DNA of 64,000 nucleotides from Octopus vulgaris (GCA_951406725.2 OX597832.1:50406001-50470000); one strand, 5' to 3'. Shown: positions 48,017 to 61,642, counted from the first letter of the stretch. Notes: generated by a model from the sequence alone, not told the origin. Numbers and translations are program-made.

Positions 48017-48829
48017 GTGTATGGACTTAAAATTTACATAAAATACAACAACGGAAAAATTGTGACGTTCATGCCTTTGCAAATCACCAACTTTTGAAAT
48101 ATTTTAAATGTGCTTGTTTCCTCGTGTCCGACAACCTGAACGGGTAGGGTGGGAGGTGAGTAAAAGTTTGTGCAAAACCCGACTAAGGTATTCCGGCAAT
48201 GACAATCACCCTTACTTTTCTCAAGAAGTACATTAATTAATCTATTTATTTCTCAAGACAGGGTGACGTCTGAAGGAGATTAGGTACTGAACTGGATTTT
48301 TTTTTCTTTGTTCCTCTTTTTTTTTCCATTTTTTATCGTCACATAGGAAGAAAAAAAAACTCACTCGCAGTTGCTGTAGGACCTGGGGTTCGACATTATG
48401 TTACTTGGCACCAAGCAGAAGGTTAAATTGACCAGAGTAATAATATTTTAAAAACAAGCACAAGACCACATATTTCGCGCAGAGTTTATATAATCGATTA
48501 TATCGCCCTCGGTACTGCTAATGTTTTATTTTATCGATCCCAGAAGGATGAAAATCAAAGCTGATCTCAGCGGGATTTGAACTTAGAACATAAGGAACCG
48601 TAACTAAGTATCTTGAGATATTTTGTTCGTTGCACTATCGATTCTACCTAAAACAACAACAAAAATCTTTCCCGAGCCACAGACTCATAAGGCCGATTTC
48701 CCAGATTCTGTGGTGTATTTATCCACCCCTGGACGGCACACAGGTTGTATCGCAGGATTACTTACTTTCTCCAATAACTTAGGAATCGACAAGTAATTCC
48801 TAAGTTTAAAAAGAAAAACCTTGGTGGCG

Positions 48830-49290
48830 CCCAATTGCCTCAAGGTTTTTAATTATTGCTCAAGCTTAGCCATCTTGGACCGAAAGATGGACCCAAAAGT
48901 TTGGTCAGTAATTTTGGTTCCAAGAAAGCACCACGCTGATGAGGGAGGAACCGCGATAATTGGGAAGGAATCTATAAACAGGTTTACAGTCTGCTGATGT
49001 GAAGGTGGATGGTTGAGGAGCCAGAGCTCACATTTAGGACTGTTGACACTACTAGCGTAGCTGAGAAGCGGGGTCCGTGCCCGGGCAGCACTTTTGGGTC
49101 TGTTGATAGCAATATGTGGTTTTTTGTGGTGGATCCGGGGGGTGGTAAACGTAAGAACCGCCCCGAGCGGCATACATTCTAGCGACGCTAGTGGTTGACA
49201 CTAAGGCCTCAACGACCAAGTTCCTCAATTATCGTCCGGGCAGTTGCAAGGACCTTGTCAGAAAGACCCCACCAGCACCACAGGGTCTGC
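48830..49290 (-). mobile_element. Degenerate non-LTR retrotransposon RT fragment (CRE-like)
   Basis: Minus-strand pieces GLSDKVLATARTIIEELGR*GLSVN / NSPKCELWLL / FLGTKI resemble the RT segment after YxDD (GL.LN..KCE, LG.PI). Confidence 0.5.
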
Positions 49291-50248
49291 TTGACCATGG
49301 CAGATCTGGGGACAAGGCATGGCTTTGTCTTTAAGGAGCTGGTTTCGAACCATATGGTTCCTGGTTCGATCTCACTGAGCGGCACCTGAGGGTAAACATC
49401 TGTTCCCATAACCTTGGGCTGGTCAATGTTTTAGGAGTGGAATATGATAGAAGGAAACTGTACAAAAGCCGGTCGTTTATATCAGTGATGTAGTGAAGGT
49501 TTTGCCCGTCCTGTGCAACAGCTAAATTAGAATTAGCCGCCTCTATCCTTAAACCTTCACAGTGTTAACCGTTTTACAAAATCAAACTAGAAAACTGGAC
49601 AAAACAGAGAACACAATTGAAAAAATTAAAAAGGGAAAGAAGGAAGAGAAAAAAAAAGGAAGAAAAAAAACAAACAAAAAAAGAACAATTTTGGCAAGAG
49701 ACGGATTAAAATAAGTACAAGGCTTCAAAAAAAAAGTACTGAGGTAAGCCCGTCGCTAAGGGTGTGCACTGAACGGCACTGCCTCTTCGCTCCCTCAGAT
49801 TTACAGTGATACACTTATTCCGAAACTCCACTGAAGCATTATTACTAATTAGTGCCCACCCAGAATATTTTGAAGCACCTCCGGACACCAAAGTCTCGCA
49901 ACGAGCCTGTGCTGGACTCGACTCGTTCGACTGAAATTCTTCAGGGCGGTGCCCCAGTATGACTGCAGTCTAATGACTGAAACAAGTAAAAGATAAAAGA
50001 TATGTCCACACTAGAACCACGATTTGATAGCAAGAAAAGCGAGAGGTTTTTCACAGCTCGGCTCATCTAGAGTTACTGTCCTTTATCCGCCAGGGCAACA
50101 GGTGGGCACCTGTCTGTACACACACATACGTACACACATTGAAAGTTATGCAAGTACAGGTGTGTTAAGGATTAATTAAAGCCACCTGGATTCTGTGTAA
50201 ATTTTTAAATATCTACTGTTCTTATTTCCCTTATGTGTATTATTAGCC

Positions 50249-50297
50249 ATGGCATTTTTATGTCCCGCGAAATTGAAAAAGTCAAAAAAGAAGAAAG
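50249..50297 (+). CDS. Dlish: Dlish/Vamana-like SH3 adaptor, first coding exon (MAFLCPAKLKKSKKKK)
   Basis: GCC-ATG-G Kozak; matches the remembered Drosophila Dlish N-terminus MAFLCP followed by a basic run; donor G|GTAAT, phase 1, in frame with the 52707 exon. Confidence 0.88.
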
Positions 50298-50868
50298 GTA
50301 ATACTTTTTTTTTTAATATTACCAATTCCGATTGAATTTCTTGAATTTAATTTTGATTGTAATATATCCATCGGTGTAGTTTTTTCTTTCTTTTTTTTTT
50401 TTCGTATTGAATTTATGTTGTTACTAGTACATATGTACCTTACTTTTTCTCTATAATTTTTTGTATTTCTAAGGTACAGACACATACCTATGTTATAATT
50501 AAACGGACGTATCGCAGTCATTCCGCCTACATACTATTATACTATATATACACTTGTAGAAGTCACAACCATCTGTCAGAGACCACGGCGGGACACCGAC
50601 ACACACACATACACATTGTACAAAAATATGGGATCAATCTTTGTATTATAAAAGTCAGGGTCTGATGCTTATCAGATGTAAGGTAAACTCTGTGTGTGTG
50701 TAACACGTATTTGTGAGAACAAAATTATCACGTCAGAGTTATTTACGTTTCTTTTTTTTTTCTTTTTATTCCCGGCACTTATTACGTTTACCTCTCTCAC
50801 AGCGTTGGGACAATTACCACGCATGACTCAATATTTCTTTTCGTAAATTGTTTCCTGACTTCGTAGAC

Positions 50869-51093
50869 CGGTGGTTCTCAACCATTTTTTTACTATGGAC
50901 CCCCTTGGTTTTTATTTTACTCAATTGGTCTCCCCATACTCATTTGATGTTTTAAAAAAAAATCCCATCATATGTTTACAATTATAGAAGAAAAATATAT
51001 TAAAATATTTTGTATATTGTAGAAGCATAATCGATTTATTACACATAAAATTTCACCATAAAATCTTATATGGACCCCGGTTGAGAAACACTG
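50869..51093. mobile_element. hAT/Charlie-like MITE in the Dlish intron
   Basis: Termini CGGTGGTTCTCAACC ... GGTTGAGAAACACTG; degenerate nnnTAGAn flanks. Confidence 0.7.
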
Positions 51094-51569
51094 CCATAGA
51101 GAAAAGAAAAGCCATTGGATTATAGAAGCACTGTTGAATATTACCTCTTCATATACAAGCTTATAAGGGAGCCTCCCATATGATGGTCACTCAACCTACT
51201 AGAAATAGCAGCCAAATCTACCTCAAATCACACCTACTATTTGAAAAACAAAGTGGATATGTTGGATACTGTACTCATATATATGCTATGCATTGACAAA
51301 AAGAAGACATGGTCATAGGTCGAATATCTTTGATCATAGATCTGTCTGTTGATCAGGGATGACTTCGGCATAATCAACATTCCCTGCAATGAATCCATGA
51401 AAAACTGCATGGTGGAGCCTTTCCTTCTCAAAGTTGAACTCATCATTATACTTAGTTTTGTAGAGATGTTGTTACTTAGAGAGAGGAGATATTCCTTCTC
51501 TGCATTCCCTATTTACAGCCACATAGATTGTGTTATTTATAAGTTAAGTGTTTTGTCCAACAAATTAAA

Positions 51570-52030
51570 ATGTTAATGGGCATGGACACATTGAAACTCT
51601 GACGTCTGGCAGCTGACTTGGCAGACACCCATAAAATTATCAACCATCGTACAAACAATAACTCTGAGCACCTTTTCAAACTCCACTTGTCTAACACCCG
51701 TGGACATGTTTACAAAGTCAGAAAACAGCACAGCTCCCATGACTTCAGGAAACATTTTTTCACGCTGAGAGTTGCTGAAGCATGGAACAAACTGCCGGCA
51801 TCAGTTGTTAGTTGTCGGAGCACTGCATCCTTCAAAACTTCCATGCTTCCTGAGATTCGCCAACACTACACCTGATTTTCTCCCCTCCATACACACACAA
51901 GCATGTATCTGACTCATGCATTGTTTGCTTTCCAGACATTTCTACATTACTGCATGTACTTTATATGCACTTTCTGATAAGTTGTGGTACACCTGAGCAC
52001 TGTATACAATAATTTCATTATTATTATTAT
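51570..52030 (+). mobile_element. CR1-clade LINE 3' end
   Basis: TRGHVYKV...RKHFFTLRVAEAWNKLPASVV...SFK is the typical CR1/L2 ORF2 C-terminus; ends in (ATT)n. Confidence 0.82.
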
Positions 52031-52706
52031 AAATAGTTATCAGAAATAATACCCCTTATATTGGATGCACACATTGGTTGCAAATTTTGGCACAAGGCTA
52101 GTAATTTGACTCAAGTCAATTACATTTACCCCAGTGCTCAACTGGTATTTGTTTTATCGACCCTGAAAAGATGAAAGGCTATCTCGATGGAATTTGAATT
52201 CAGAACTTTAAAATGGATGAAATGCTGTTGAGCATTTTGTCCGGTGTGCTAACGATTGTGCTAGTTTGCTGCCATACAGTCATCATCATCGTTTAACGCC
52301 CATTTTCCATGCTAGCATGGGTTGGACGGTTCAACTGGGGTCTGGGAAGCCAGAAGGCTGCGCCAGGCTCCAGTCTGATCTGGCAGTGTTTCTACAGCTG
52401 GATGCCCTTCCTAACGCCAACCACTCTGTGAGTGTAGTGGGTGCTTTTTACGTGCCACCTGCACAGTGGTTATACATATTACAATCACATTTATCAGAAG
52501 CAGTTTTGCTACTATAATTTTTTTGGTGTTTGGTATTTGACTTACCATTGTAGAATTCTTCGTAATACAGTTTGAATGGTGAGTCGAGAGAGAATCGGAC
52601 AACCGGCCAGAAAGTCATTGGTTATTCTCTCCCTATCTCTCTCTCTCTCTCACACACACCACCCAGCATTACATTGTGTTTATGACTGGATTTTTATCTT
52701 TTTCAG

Positions 52707-53302
52707 AATTTGACCAGTATCCTCTACGCCGAAATCTAACAGGAAGCGCAAGTCTTGACACTTTGACTCAAGTTGGTTTAGCCAAGAAAGACGGTCTCGA
52801 TCCTGAAGCTCGCCTAATAGTCATTCAAGATTTTGTCGCTTGTGTTGACGACGAAGTCTCTGTGAAGAAAGGAGACATAGTCTACGCTCTTTACAGAGAT
52901 AATGATTGGTTGTATATACTTTGTGATAATGGTAAAGAAGGCTTCGTTCCTATATCGTACACCACACAAGCAATACGTAAGCAGCAACGTACAGTTGATA
53001 ATGACGTCAAACAGAATACGCTAGAGAAGGATTCTCATAACAACTCAGGAGAAAGTTATATCAGTTATCAAGAGGCCAGTATATTCCATAAACGAGACTG
53101 TGGGAAGTTCTTGGTAGTATATAATTTCGATGCTGTGAATGACAATGACATAACAGTTGAAAGCGGGGATATTATTACCGTTCTAAATGTCGATGATCCA
53201 AACTGGTTTTGGATTATAAAAAACTGCAAACAAGAAGGATTTATTCCAGCTTCTTACTTAGTGCCTATAATTCATACTGATCCAACAGGAAAAGGTGTCT
53301 AA
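52707..53302 (+). CDS. Dlish: Dlish/Vamana-like SH3 adaptor, second coding exon with two SH3 domains
   Basis: Acceptor TTTTTCAG. LTGSASLDTLTQVGLAKKDGLDPEARLIVIQDFVACVDDEVSVKKG resembles Dlish ITGSSSIETLVRVGIEKEHGLSPDSKMVVLHDFTPCVDDELEVKRG (from memory). SH3 motifs DW..EGFVP and YNFDA..NW..EGFIPASY. The 3' end (stop versus a weak donor) is uncertain. Confidence 0.85.
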
Positions 53303-55858
53303 CTAGAGTATTAATACCTCTTGAATTTTTTTTTGTGGGGTTTATGAACAAAATTTTTCACACAGAGAGAATGACATTACAGAAAAAATTATTATATGTC
53401 AATTCGTGCCATGAGAATACTACAGCCAAATGCAATACATTCTTTGGGATTTTTGACTTGGCATGGCTATCATCACTCAGAAATGAGTATAAGTGTACTG
53501 AGTTGATAAGAGTATTGGAATCCTGTGCAAAATAAGAGTTCATGAGTTCAATCTCAGCTTGGAAATATGATGAACAGAAGTAAAACTATTTGAAATTTAG
53601 TTTTTCAAAAGAGGAAAGATGAATTTAACGCTTTAGTATTTAAACCAGCCAAAATATTTAATCAGTTTTATGTTCAAACTGACCAGATCCAGGCCCTCAC
53701 ACCTACCCTACAATGTTATTCTACATTAGGTAATTACACCATCAAGATCTTGAAGATATGAGATAATGCATGATTAATTCAAATCAATGGGAATCAATAA
53801 GCATATGTTTGATAGAATTATCAGAACACTACAGGTTTAATGGTCTCTGAATTCAAGGTGTCGATATATAATTGTATAAGTACCTGGATAGGACGAGGAA
53901 ACCATGGAATTTCTCTTTTAAAGAATTTGTCTTTCATAAACTTGAATTTGTAAATTGTTACTGATCAAAAACAACATTTCTTTAATGAACATATATTTAT
54001 GTTTAGTTCACAAAAAAATTTTTAATTGAATACCTCTGTACACACATACTTAGCTGGGAAAATGACAACATGTGATATCTCTGCAGGGCATTATCCATAT
54101 AATAAAATGAAATGGTTATAAGGGAATCAAAACTGGGTCACTATCTTGGCTTGCCAGAATCTGTCTTGAGCTGCTAAAGTGTCAGCTCCCCGTCCACTTT
54201 ATTTTTTTTATTTACTTGCTTGGTCTGCAGAAAAGGGCAGTGCTCATGGCCTTTGAAAACTCTCCCAGACCAGTGAGACTGATGCCATTTAACAGTCCTC
54301 ATGCAACTTTGTAAGCCTGCAAGAAAGACTGACTGCTCATAGACCATAGGTCTGCTTGATCGTAATTTACCTGTGGCTAAATAAAAACGTTCAGTTTTAA
54401 AGTGATCTGCTCAGAACTGGTGTTATCATTATCACCATTTAATGTGTGTTCCATGCTGGCATGGTTTTGACAGTTTGACAGGATCTTGTGTGTTCAAGGA
54501 CGGCATCATACTCCAGTGTCATTTTTAGCTGTGGTTTTTATGGCTGGATGCCCTTCCTAATGCCAACCACTTTACAGCATAGACTGGGTGCTTTCTTTGT
54601 ATTACCTTCCCTACTGGAGTCACCATGCAGTTTACTGAGCTATGTCCTGGAGGTGGGGAGGTTAGCATCCTGCAAGTGAATGAGAGATTGAACTATGAGA
54701 AGGGAAAGTAGTGCAGGCTCTTGTTGGGAATCTGCATGCTTACTTCTTGTAGAAGAAAGGAAGAGAAAATGAACAGTAGGAGCTGCAAGAGATGAGCAAT
54801 GAGGGTCCTAGATGGCCCCTACAAGGCACAAGGTGAGCTGGAGAATCAGTTTGCTAGATTGTATGTCTTTGGTATTAATTACACTGAATGAGAATGGGAT
54901 TGAAAGATGTGATGGAGCATCAAAGTAAACATCTTTTAGTATTTATTTTTGTCTATTTCAATATATATTCTTAGTCCAAATCTCACAAGAATTGTAACCT
55001 TGTAAATACTGGTAATTAGTCAAAAGAACAGTAATTAGCCATACTGTTAAGGATACTAGGCAAGTGTTGAGCTGCTTGCTTCAGATGCAGACTATTTCCT
55101 TTCCTATTGTTCAAACCTTTAAAATGTTTAGATTTTTTGGTTTGGTCTGAAGGAGTTGTATCCACAGCATTTGTAGAATGATGTTCTGGAATGATTGCAG
55201 GTCAACACCTGGAGGCAAAATATTAAGTAGGGACATTTCAATGAGGGGGCTTCTACATGGTCATTTGACTTGTGAGATACAACAATAAAATCTCTATCAA
55301 ATTACATCTCTACTGCCTTGAAAAGATAAGGTAGTCATCAGTATGGAATGTCTGAGAGTAGGACACGGTGATAATAGTAGGATCACCGTTGACCCCCAAG
55401 TCTGCTCATTTAGAGCTGGCCTGTGGTTAAGTAACATGAGCAGAGAGGGAATTCCAGAAGAATGATGTTTTGGATGAAAGGACTGGATTAAGTTTGAAGT
55501 TAGGGAATTTCACATGTCATGGTTGATTGAGTTAAGGGAGTACCATGAGCCCAGTTAATGCAGCTGCAGTAGAAGCGGTGAAGTGAAAATATGTCATGTC
55601 TTTGGCCAGAGGTTAGAACACAACTCCATGCCAATTGTGGCAGATGGTATTTTGGGTGTATGTGGTCAAGGAAATTACAACTTTGTAAAGAATATATATA
55701 GTTGAAGATGAATTTTTTTTGATTTTGCTCTATTGTTATTAAATGAAATAATAATGGTTTATCTGTTTTAACCTCTTATATATTTTGTCATGTATCATCC
55801 AATATAATTTGGATAGGTCTTCATTATTATAGCTCATTACCAGTTGTTTTGTTACTAT

Positions 55859-56243
55859 ACTCTTTTACTTGTTTCAGTCATTTGACTGCGGCCATGCTGG
55901 AGCACCGCCTTTAATCGAGCAACTCGACTCCGGAACTTATTCTTTTGTAAGCCCAGTACTTATTCTATCGGTCTCTTTTGCCGAACTGCTAGATAACGGG
56001 GACATAAACACACCAGCATCGGTTGTCAAGCAATGCTAAGGGGGACAAACACACACACGCATATATATATACATATATACGACGGGCTTCTTTCAGTTTC
56101 CATCTACCAAATCCACTCACAAGGCTTTCGTTAGCCTGAGGCTATAGTAGAAGACACTTGCCCAAGGTGCCATATAGTGGGACTGAACCCCGGAACCATG
56201 TGGTTGATAAACAAGCTACTTACCACACAGCCACTCCTGCGCC
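55859..56243 (-). mobile_element. CORE-like SINE (another at 56894-57248)
   Basis: Family consensus. Confidence 0.83.
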
Positions 56244-58382
56244 TCTTCCCTCTGATATACAAATATCCTGAAATCTAAATGCATTATTTCTTCACAGTTC
56301 ATCATCATTTAACTTCTGTTTTCCACACTGGCAAGGCCAAGGCCCACATCAGGTTCCAATTGTCTGTTTCGGCAGCTGGATGCCCTTCCTAATGCCAACC
56401 ACTTCAGAGAATGTACGTGGTGTCTTATGTGGCACTATCACCAGTGCTCTTCACATGGCACCAGCACCTGTATGTTTTGTGCAGCACCAGAGCTTTTTAC
56501 AGTTGTTATACATAGACATCCAACAGAAGTCCATTTAACTAAGCAAGACTCACCAACATTCTGCAACCACTAGCCAAAGACAGGGCATGTTCTAATGCTT
56601 GACCAGTTAGAAATAGCAGGCAAATCTCCCTAAATCTTCTTAAGAAAAAGTAGACATGTGCATCTGGAATTGAATAGTACCAAATAGATTACATTTTAAA
56701 GTCAAGAGTGTCTGGCTTGAATGCCATTGAGTAGGAGTCAGCTCAAGCAGGGGCAGCAAAGGGCAAAATGACAACCATTAACTCATAGATGTACTGTTTC
56801 TTCCTTGTTGCTACGAAAACATGTTTTTCTGAACTACCAAGTTGTACACCACCTCTGTCCCAAATCACTTCATCTTCACTATGTCCCCCACCGACTCTTT
56901 TACTTGTTTCAGTCATTTGACTGCGGCCATCACCTTTAGTTGAGCAAATTGACCCCAGGACTTATTCTTTGTAAGTCTAGCACTTATTCTATCAGTCTCT
57001 TTTGCCAAACCACTAAGTTACGGAGATGTAAACACACCAACATCGGTTGTCAAGCAATGTTGGGGGAACAAACACACATATATACAATGGGCTTCTTTCA
57101 GTTTCTGTCTACCAAATCCACTCACAAGGCTTTGGTTGGCCTGAGGCTATAGTAGAAGACACTTGCCCAAGGTGCCACATAGTGGGACTGAACCTGGAAC
57201 CATGTGGTTGGTAAGCAAGCTACTTGCCACACAGCCACTCCTGTGCCTATCATAGAAATTAAATTGAACGTCAGCTACATTGATCTCAAGTTTGAGAAAG
57301 CACTCTGGCTAATTATAATCATTTTCTAATATAACCACAAGGCCTGAAATTTTGTGGGAGGGGGCTAGTCGATTACGTTGACCCCCGAAAGGATGAAAAG
57401 CAAAGTCAACCTCAGTGGAATTTGAACTCAGAATGTAAGGACGAATGAAATGTCACTAAGCATTTTGCCCACGGTGCTAACAATTCTTATTTCTTTACTA
57501 CCCACAAAGGGCTGAACAGAGAGGACAGACAAACGGATTAAGTCGATTACATTGACCCCAGTGCGTAACTGGTACTTATTTAATCGACCCTGAAAGGATG
57601 AAAGGCAAAGTCGACCTCGGAACGTAACGGCAGACGAAATACGGCTACGCATTTCGCCCGACATGCCAACAATTCTGCCAGCATGCCACCGTTATTCTCA
57701 GCAATTAAGGTATTGTCCTATTGTGTTGCATGTTGTTTCCAGTACAACTTTCCTCTCCTTGCCAAAAGCCCTGGTTTCTGATGCCCCCAGTTGTGTACTC
57801 CAGTTCACTTCCCTGTATGTGTGCACAATATATTTTGATTTTGTAATATTACTTTACCTTTTAAAATTTTGGTTACAAAATTCGTGATGCATTACTTACC
57901 TTAAATATCAGATCGTTGACCAGCTCTGGAAACTTTTTTTTTTTTGCAACTTCTATGAAGAAATTTCATCCTACTTCGTGTCATATACACAGAGGAAACC
58001 TTTGTCAGGTTTTTAATTCAGCTTAACCTAAATTTTGTAATTGAATCTATGATCCTGTGATTGAGTGCAAAATCCTAATCATGATGCCCTCAGCAGAACC
58101 AGACATTTCATCTATGACCATCCCATTTACTTTTTTTTGAAAAGAAATGATTTTAGGGAAATTTGGCTGTTATTTATAGCAGGTAAAACTAATTAAGACT
58201 CTCCCTTGTAGATCTGTCTTTTAACCTTATATCAAAGCTCTTCAAGTAGGTCTGTGATCAAAAGCTTTCCAATTGTGACCACCCTGTTTATTATTGGGTA
58301 TCTAGGATCACATTCTCTAGTGTGTGCAAGTGTTGTTTTTTTTCTTATACAGGAGAAATTGAAGCTATTTCTTGCAGGTTAA

Positions 58383-58600
58383 CCCTTTTGTTACATTTAT
58401 TTTGAGATGCTCTGTGTTTCTTTCAATTATTTTAAATATAACAAAGAATTTAGTAAAATAACTTAGTTACCATTCAGCTAGTGTTAGGAACATAAATTGC
58501 AACTAAGGTTTGGTGGAAGATTTTAATGAAAAACTTATGAAAACAAGACATTAATACTACAGAGCCAGAGCTGGTTTTGGCCGGGTTGGTAACGAAAGGG
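58383..58600. mobile_element. piggyBac-like MITE, third copy
   Basis: TTAA TSD and CCCTTT..GTTAC / GTAACGAAAGGG TIRs. Confidence 0.8.
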
Positions 58601-61254
58601 TTAAGCAGCTTCAGGATCTTTCATGTCATCATAGTTGAATGGGATGGTAGTCATGACAACTTCAAAGCTTTGCCCTTGAATAAACTTTACAATATATTGA
58701 GTACTTCTTCCTCTTGTTTTTACACCAAAGCATGTATGTATAAGTAGTTTTAGGTGTCATGCTCAAATATCTGGTAGCACCTTTGGCAGGTGTCTCCTTT
58801 TATAGCCCTGGGCCAGGAGTGGATTTGGTAGATGGAAACTGAAAGAAGCCCATTGCGTGTGTGTGTGTGTTTGTAACTTGTCTTGATGTCACATAACTGT
58901 TGTAAATGAATGCCATTCATTTCCAGAATTCTATGAAAATATGTCTGACCATGGGGGAAATACTACCTTGCTGGAAACATGAGGGTTTGGTAACAGAAAG
59001 GTCATCTGGTTCAATAAACTCCATTCAAGCATTGGAAAAGTGGATGTTAAAATGATGATACATACAACTAAATTCACCAATCAGCCAACCATTCTTCCAA
59101 TGCTCTTATATATAAAGTATTAAACTGGATGATGAGTTGCTTGTTAAACAAAATCTAAGATTTAGAAAAGCTTGCAGTTGAGTAAATTTCATTCTTACCT
59201 AAACTTCCTCTATTGGTACTGTACCCACCCTCAAAATTGTAACAACTTAGGCTCAGGTCCGTCATGAACCCAGAATTCAACTTGGTTTCCACGGCATGTA
59301 AGTTACGGAGATTGCAACATAACCTGCTGGATAGGATGCTAGTCCATTACAAATTTAACTTCCCAGCTATTGCTGGGATACTTATTTATAGCTGAGTGTG
59401 GAATGGAGCAATGTGAAATCGTGTTTTGTCCAAGAATACAACACACTGCTCTGTCCAGGAATCAAAACTATGATTGTATAACCATATGTGTAACACCCTA
59501 CCTAACAAGGCCATGTGTACCTTCCCAAAAAAAAAAAAAAAAAGTTTCATGGGCAATTTTCTTTATGCCTAAATATGAATAAGGCTTTGTAAACCATTCA
59601 ACTAACCTTTCTTATAGCCTATCTTTTAAATTACAAAGATGGTCGCCTCAATTCATGGCACACTATCGGTTACGACCACAAGGGTTCCAGTTGACCTGAT
59701 CAACATAACAGCCTGCTCGTGAAATTAATGTGCAAGTGGCTGAGCACTCCAGAGACATGTGTACCCTTAACGTAGTTCTCGGGGAGATACAGCATGTGAC
59801 AAGGTTAGCCCCTTGAAATACAGGTACAACAGAAACAGGAAGAAAAAGAGATAAAGTTGTGAGGAAAGAGTACAGCAGGGTTCACCACCCAACTCTGCCA
59901 GAGCCTCGTGGAGTTTTAGGTGTTTCTGCTCAATAAACAACGCCTGGTCTGGGAATCAAAACTGTGAGTCCGCTGCCCTTACCACTGGGCCATTGCGCTT
60001 CCACTGTAGTCACTTCAATTACTGAATAATTGAAAGGGGTTAGTAACTTTTATGAAGTTATTTCAATTTTACTTTTCTCTCAATACTAAGAAATTCCAAA
60101 CATTGCTAAGTGTTTTCTGATACATGAAATTTTCCAAAATATAAATTGGGTAAAAGAGAAATAAATAAAGTGATTTAGATAAAAAAGACAGATTGCACAC
60201 TACTACAATACAAACAGTCGTTTTTTTGTAATTTTTAAAAAAATTACTCAGAGAATAGATGACTATAAAGGAACTGCAGTTCAAAATCGTAAATAGCAAA
60301 TAACAAGACACAATACATGAAAAGACTAAAAAATCACGTAACCTAGTTAAGTTGTTATGGAGAAGCATGGCAAATTCACTCACAGATCATCATCATCACT
60401 GTTTAGCGTCCGTTCTCCATGCTGGCATGGGTTGGACGGTTCAACTGGGGTCTGGAAAGCCAGAAGGCTGCACCAGGCCCAGTCTGATCTGGCAATGCCC
60501 TTCCTAACGCCAACCACTCCGTGGTGTAGTTGGTGCTTTTTATGTGCCAGACGGGGCTGGCAAACGGCCACGGTCAGATAGTACTTTTTACGTGCCACCG
60601 GCAATTCCAGAAATTATAATTTCACATCCATTTTTGCCAAGAGATTATCATATGTAAGACAATTTCTTTTGAAATCTCTATAATGTGTGTAGTGGCCGAA
60701 CGATAGTTTTGTTTTGAAGGGAAAGCTGTTTGAAACTCTTTTAGCAGGTTAGGAAGGCAGAATTATGTATTTTGTTCAGATTAAAAAGTGTCTGCCCTTT
60801 TATCTTTTATTTCAGTCATAAGACAGCAGCATCACCCCGAAGGGTTTACTCAAATCTACCTCAGTACTTATTTTGTTGATCTCTTCTACTGAACTAAGCT
60901 ACAAGGACATAAACAAACCAACACTGGTGGGTGGAGAAGGAAGAAACAAACATACACGACCAGCTTCCACATGTCTATGAAATTCATTCACAGGGCATTG
61001 GATGTCCATGGGTGATAGCAGAAGACACTAGCCCAAAGTGCCATGCAGTGGGACCGAACCTGAAACTACGTAGATGCTACATGAGCTTTCTAACCACACA
61101 ACCATGCCTGTGCATTTACTGTAGAAGTAAAGTTTGATAATATCATTAGCTGTGCATCAATCACACATGTGTAACTTCCTTGAAGTATATGAAAATATGC
61201 ATATATTAATAAGAACTGTACAAGGAATCTGATTTAGCGAAAGGTGGCTACGAA

Positions 61255-61642
61255 GGAATCTGGGGCAGAGGGAGACCCAGGAAGACATGGGATGAGGTGG
61301 TGAAGCATGACCTTTGAACGTTGGGCAATGACAGAGGCAATGACAAAAGATTGAGACCTCTGGAGGTATGCTGTGACTGAGAAGACCCAGCAAATAAAGT
61401 GGATCCAGAGCTGTAACCTACACCAGTGTTGCATAAGCAGCCCACTCAAAAGTACTTTGGATCATAGGGCGACATGCAGTGCTTGAGGGGACCTATTGAG
61501 TCAAGTACATCAACATCAACAGCAATATCAAAATCAAATCAAATGGAAATTGTAGTTGTGAGCCCCATGCCGGTAGCACATAAAAATCACCATCCAAACA
61601 TGGCCGATGCCAGTGCTGCTTTGACTGGCTTCCGTGCCGGTG
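61255..61642 (+). mobile_element. RTE LINE 3' fragment
   Basis: Translates [17 protein letters not shown], followed by the family 3' UTR. Confidence 0.75.

Noticed and set aside
52676-52706. GTG-initiated start of the SH3 ORF
   Set aside because: Intronic polypyrimidine tract; the real N-terminus comes from the 50249-50297 exon.
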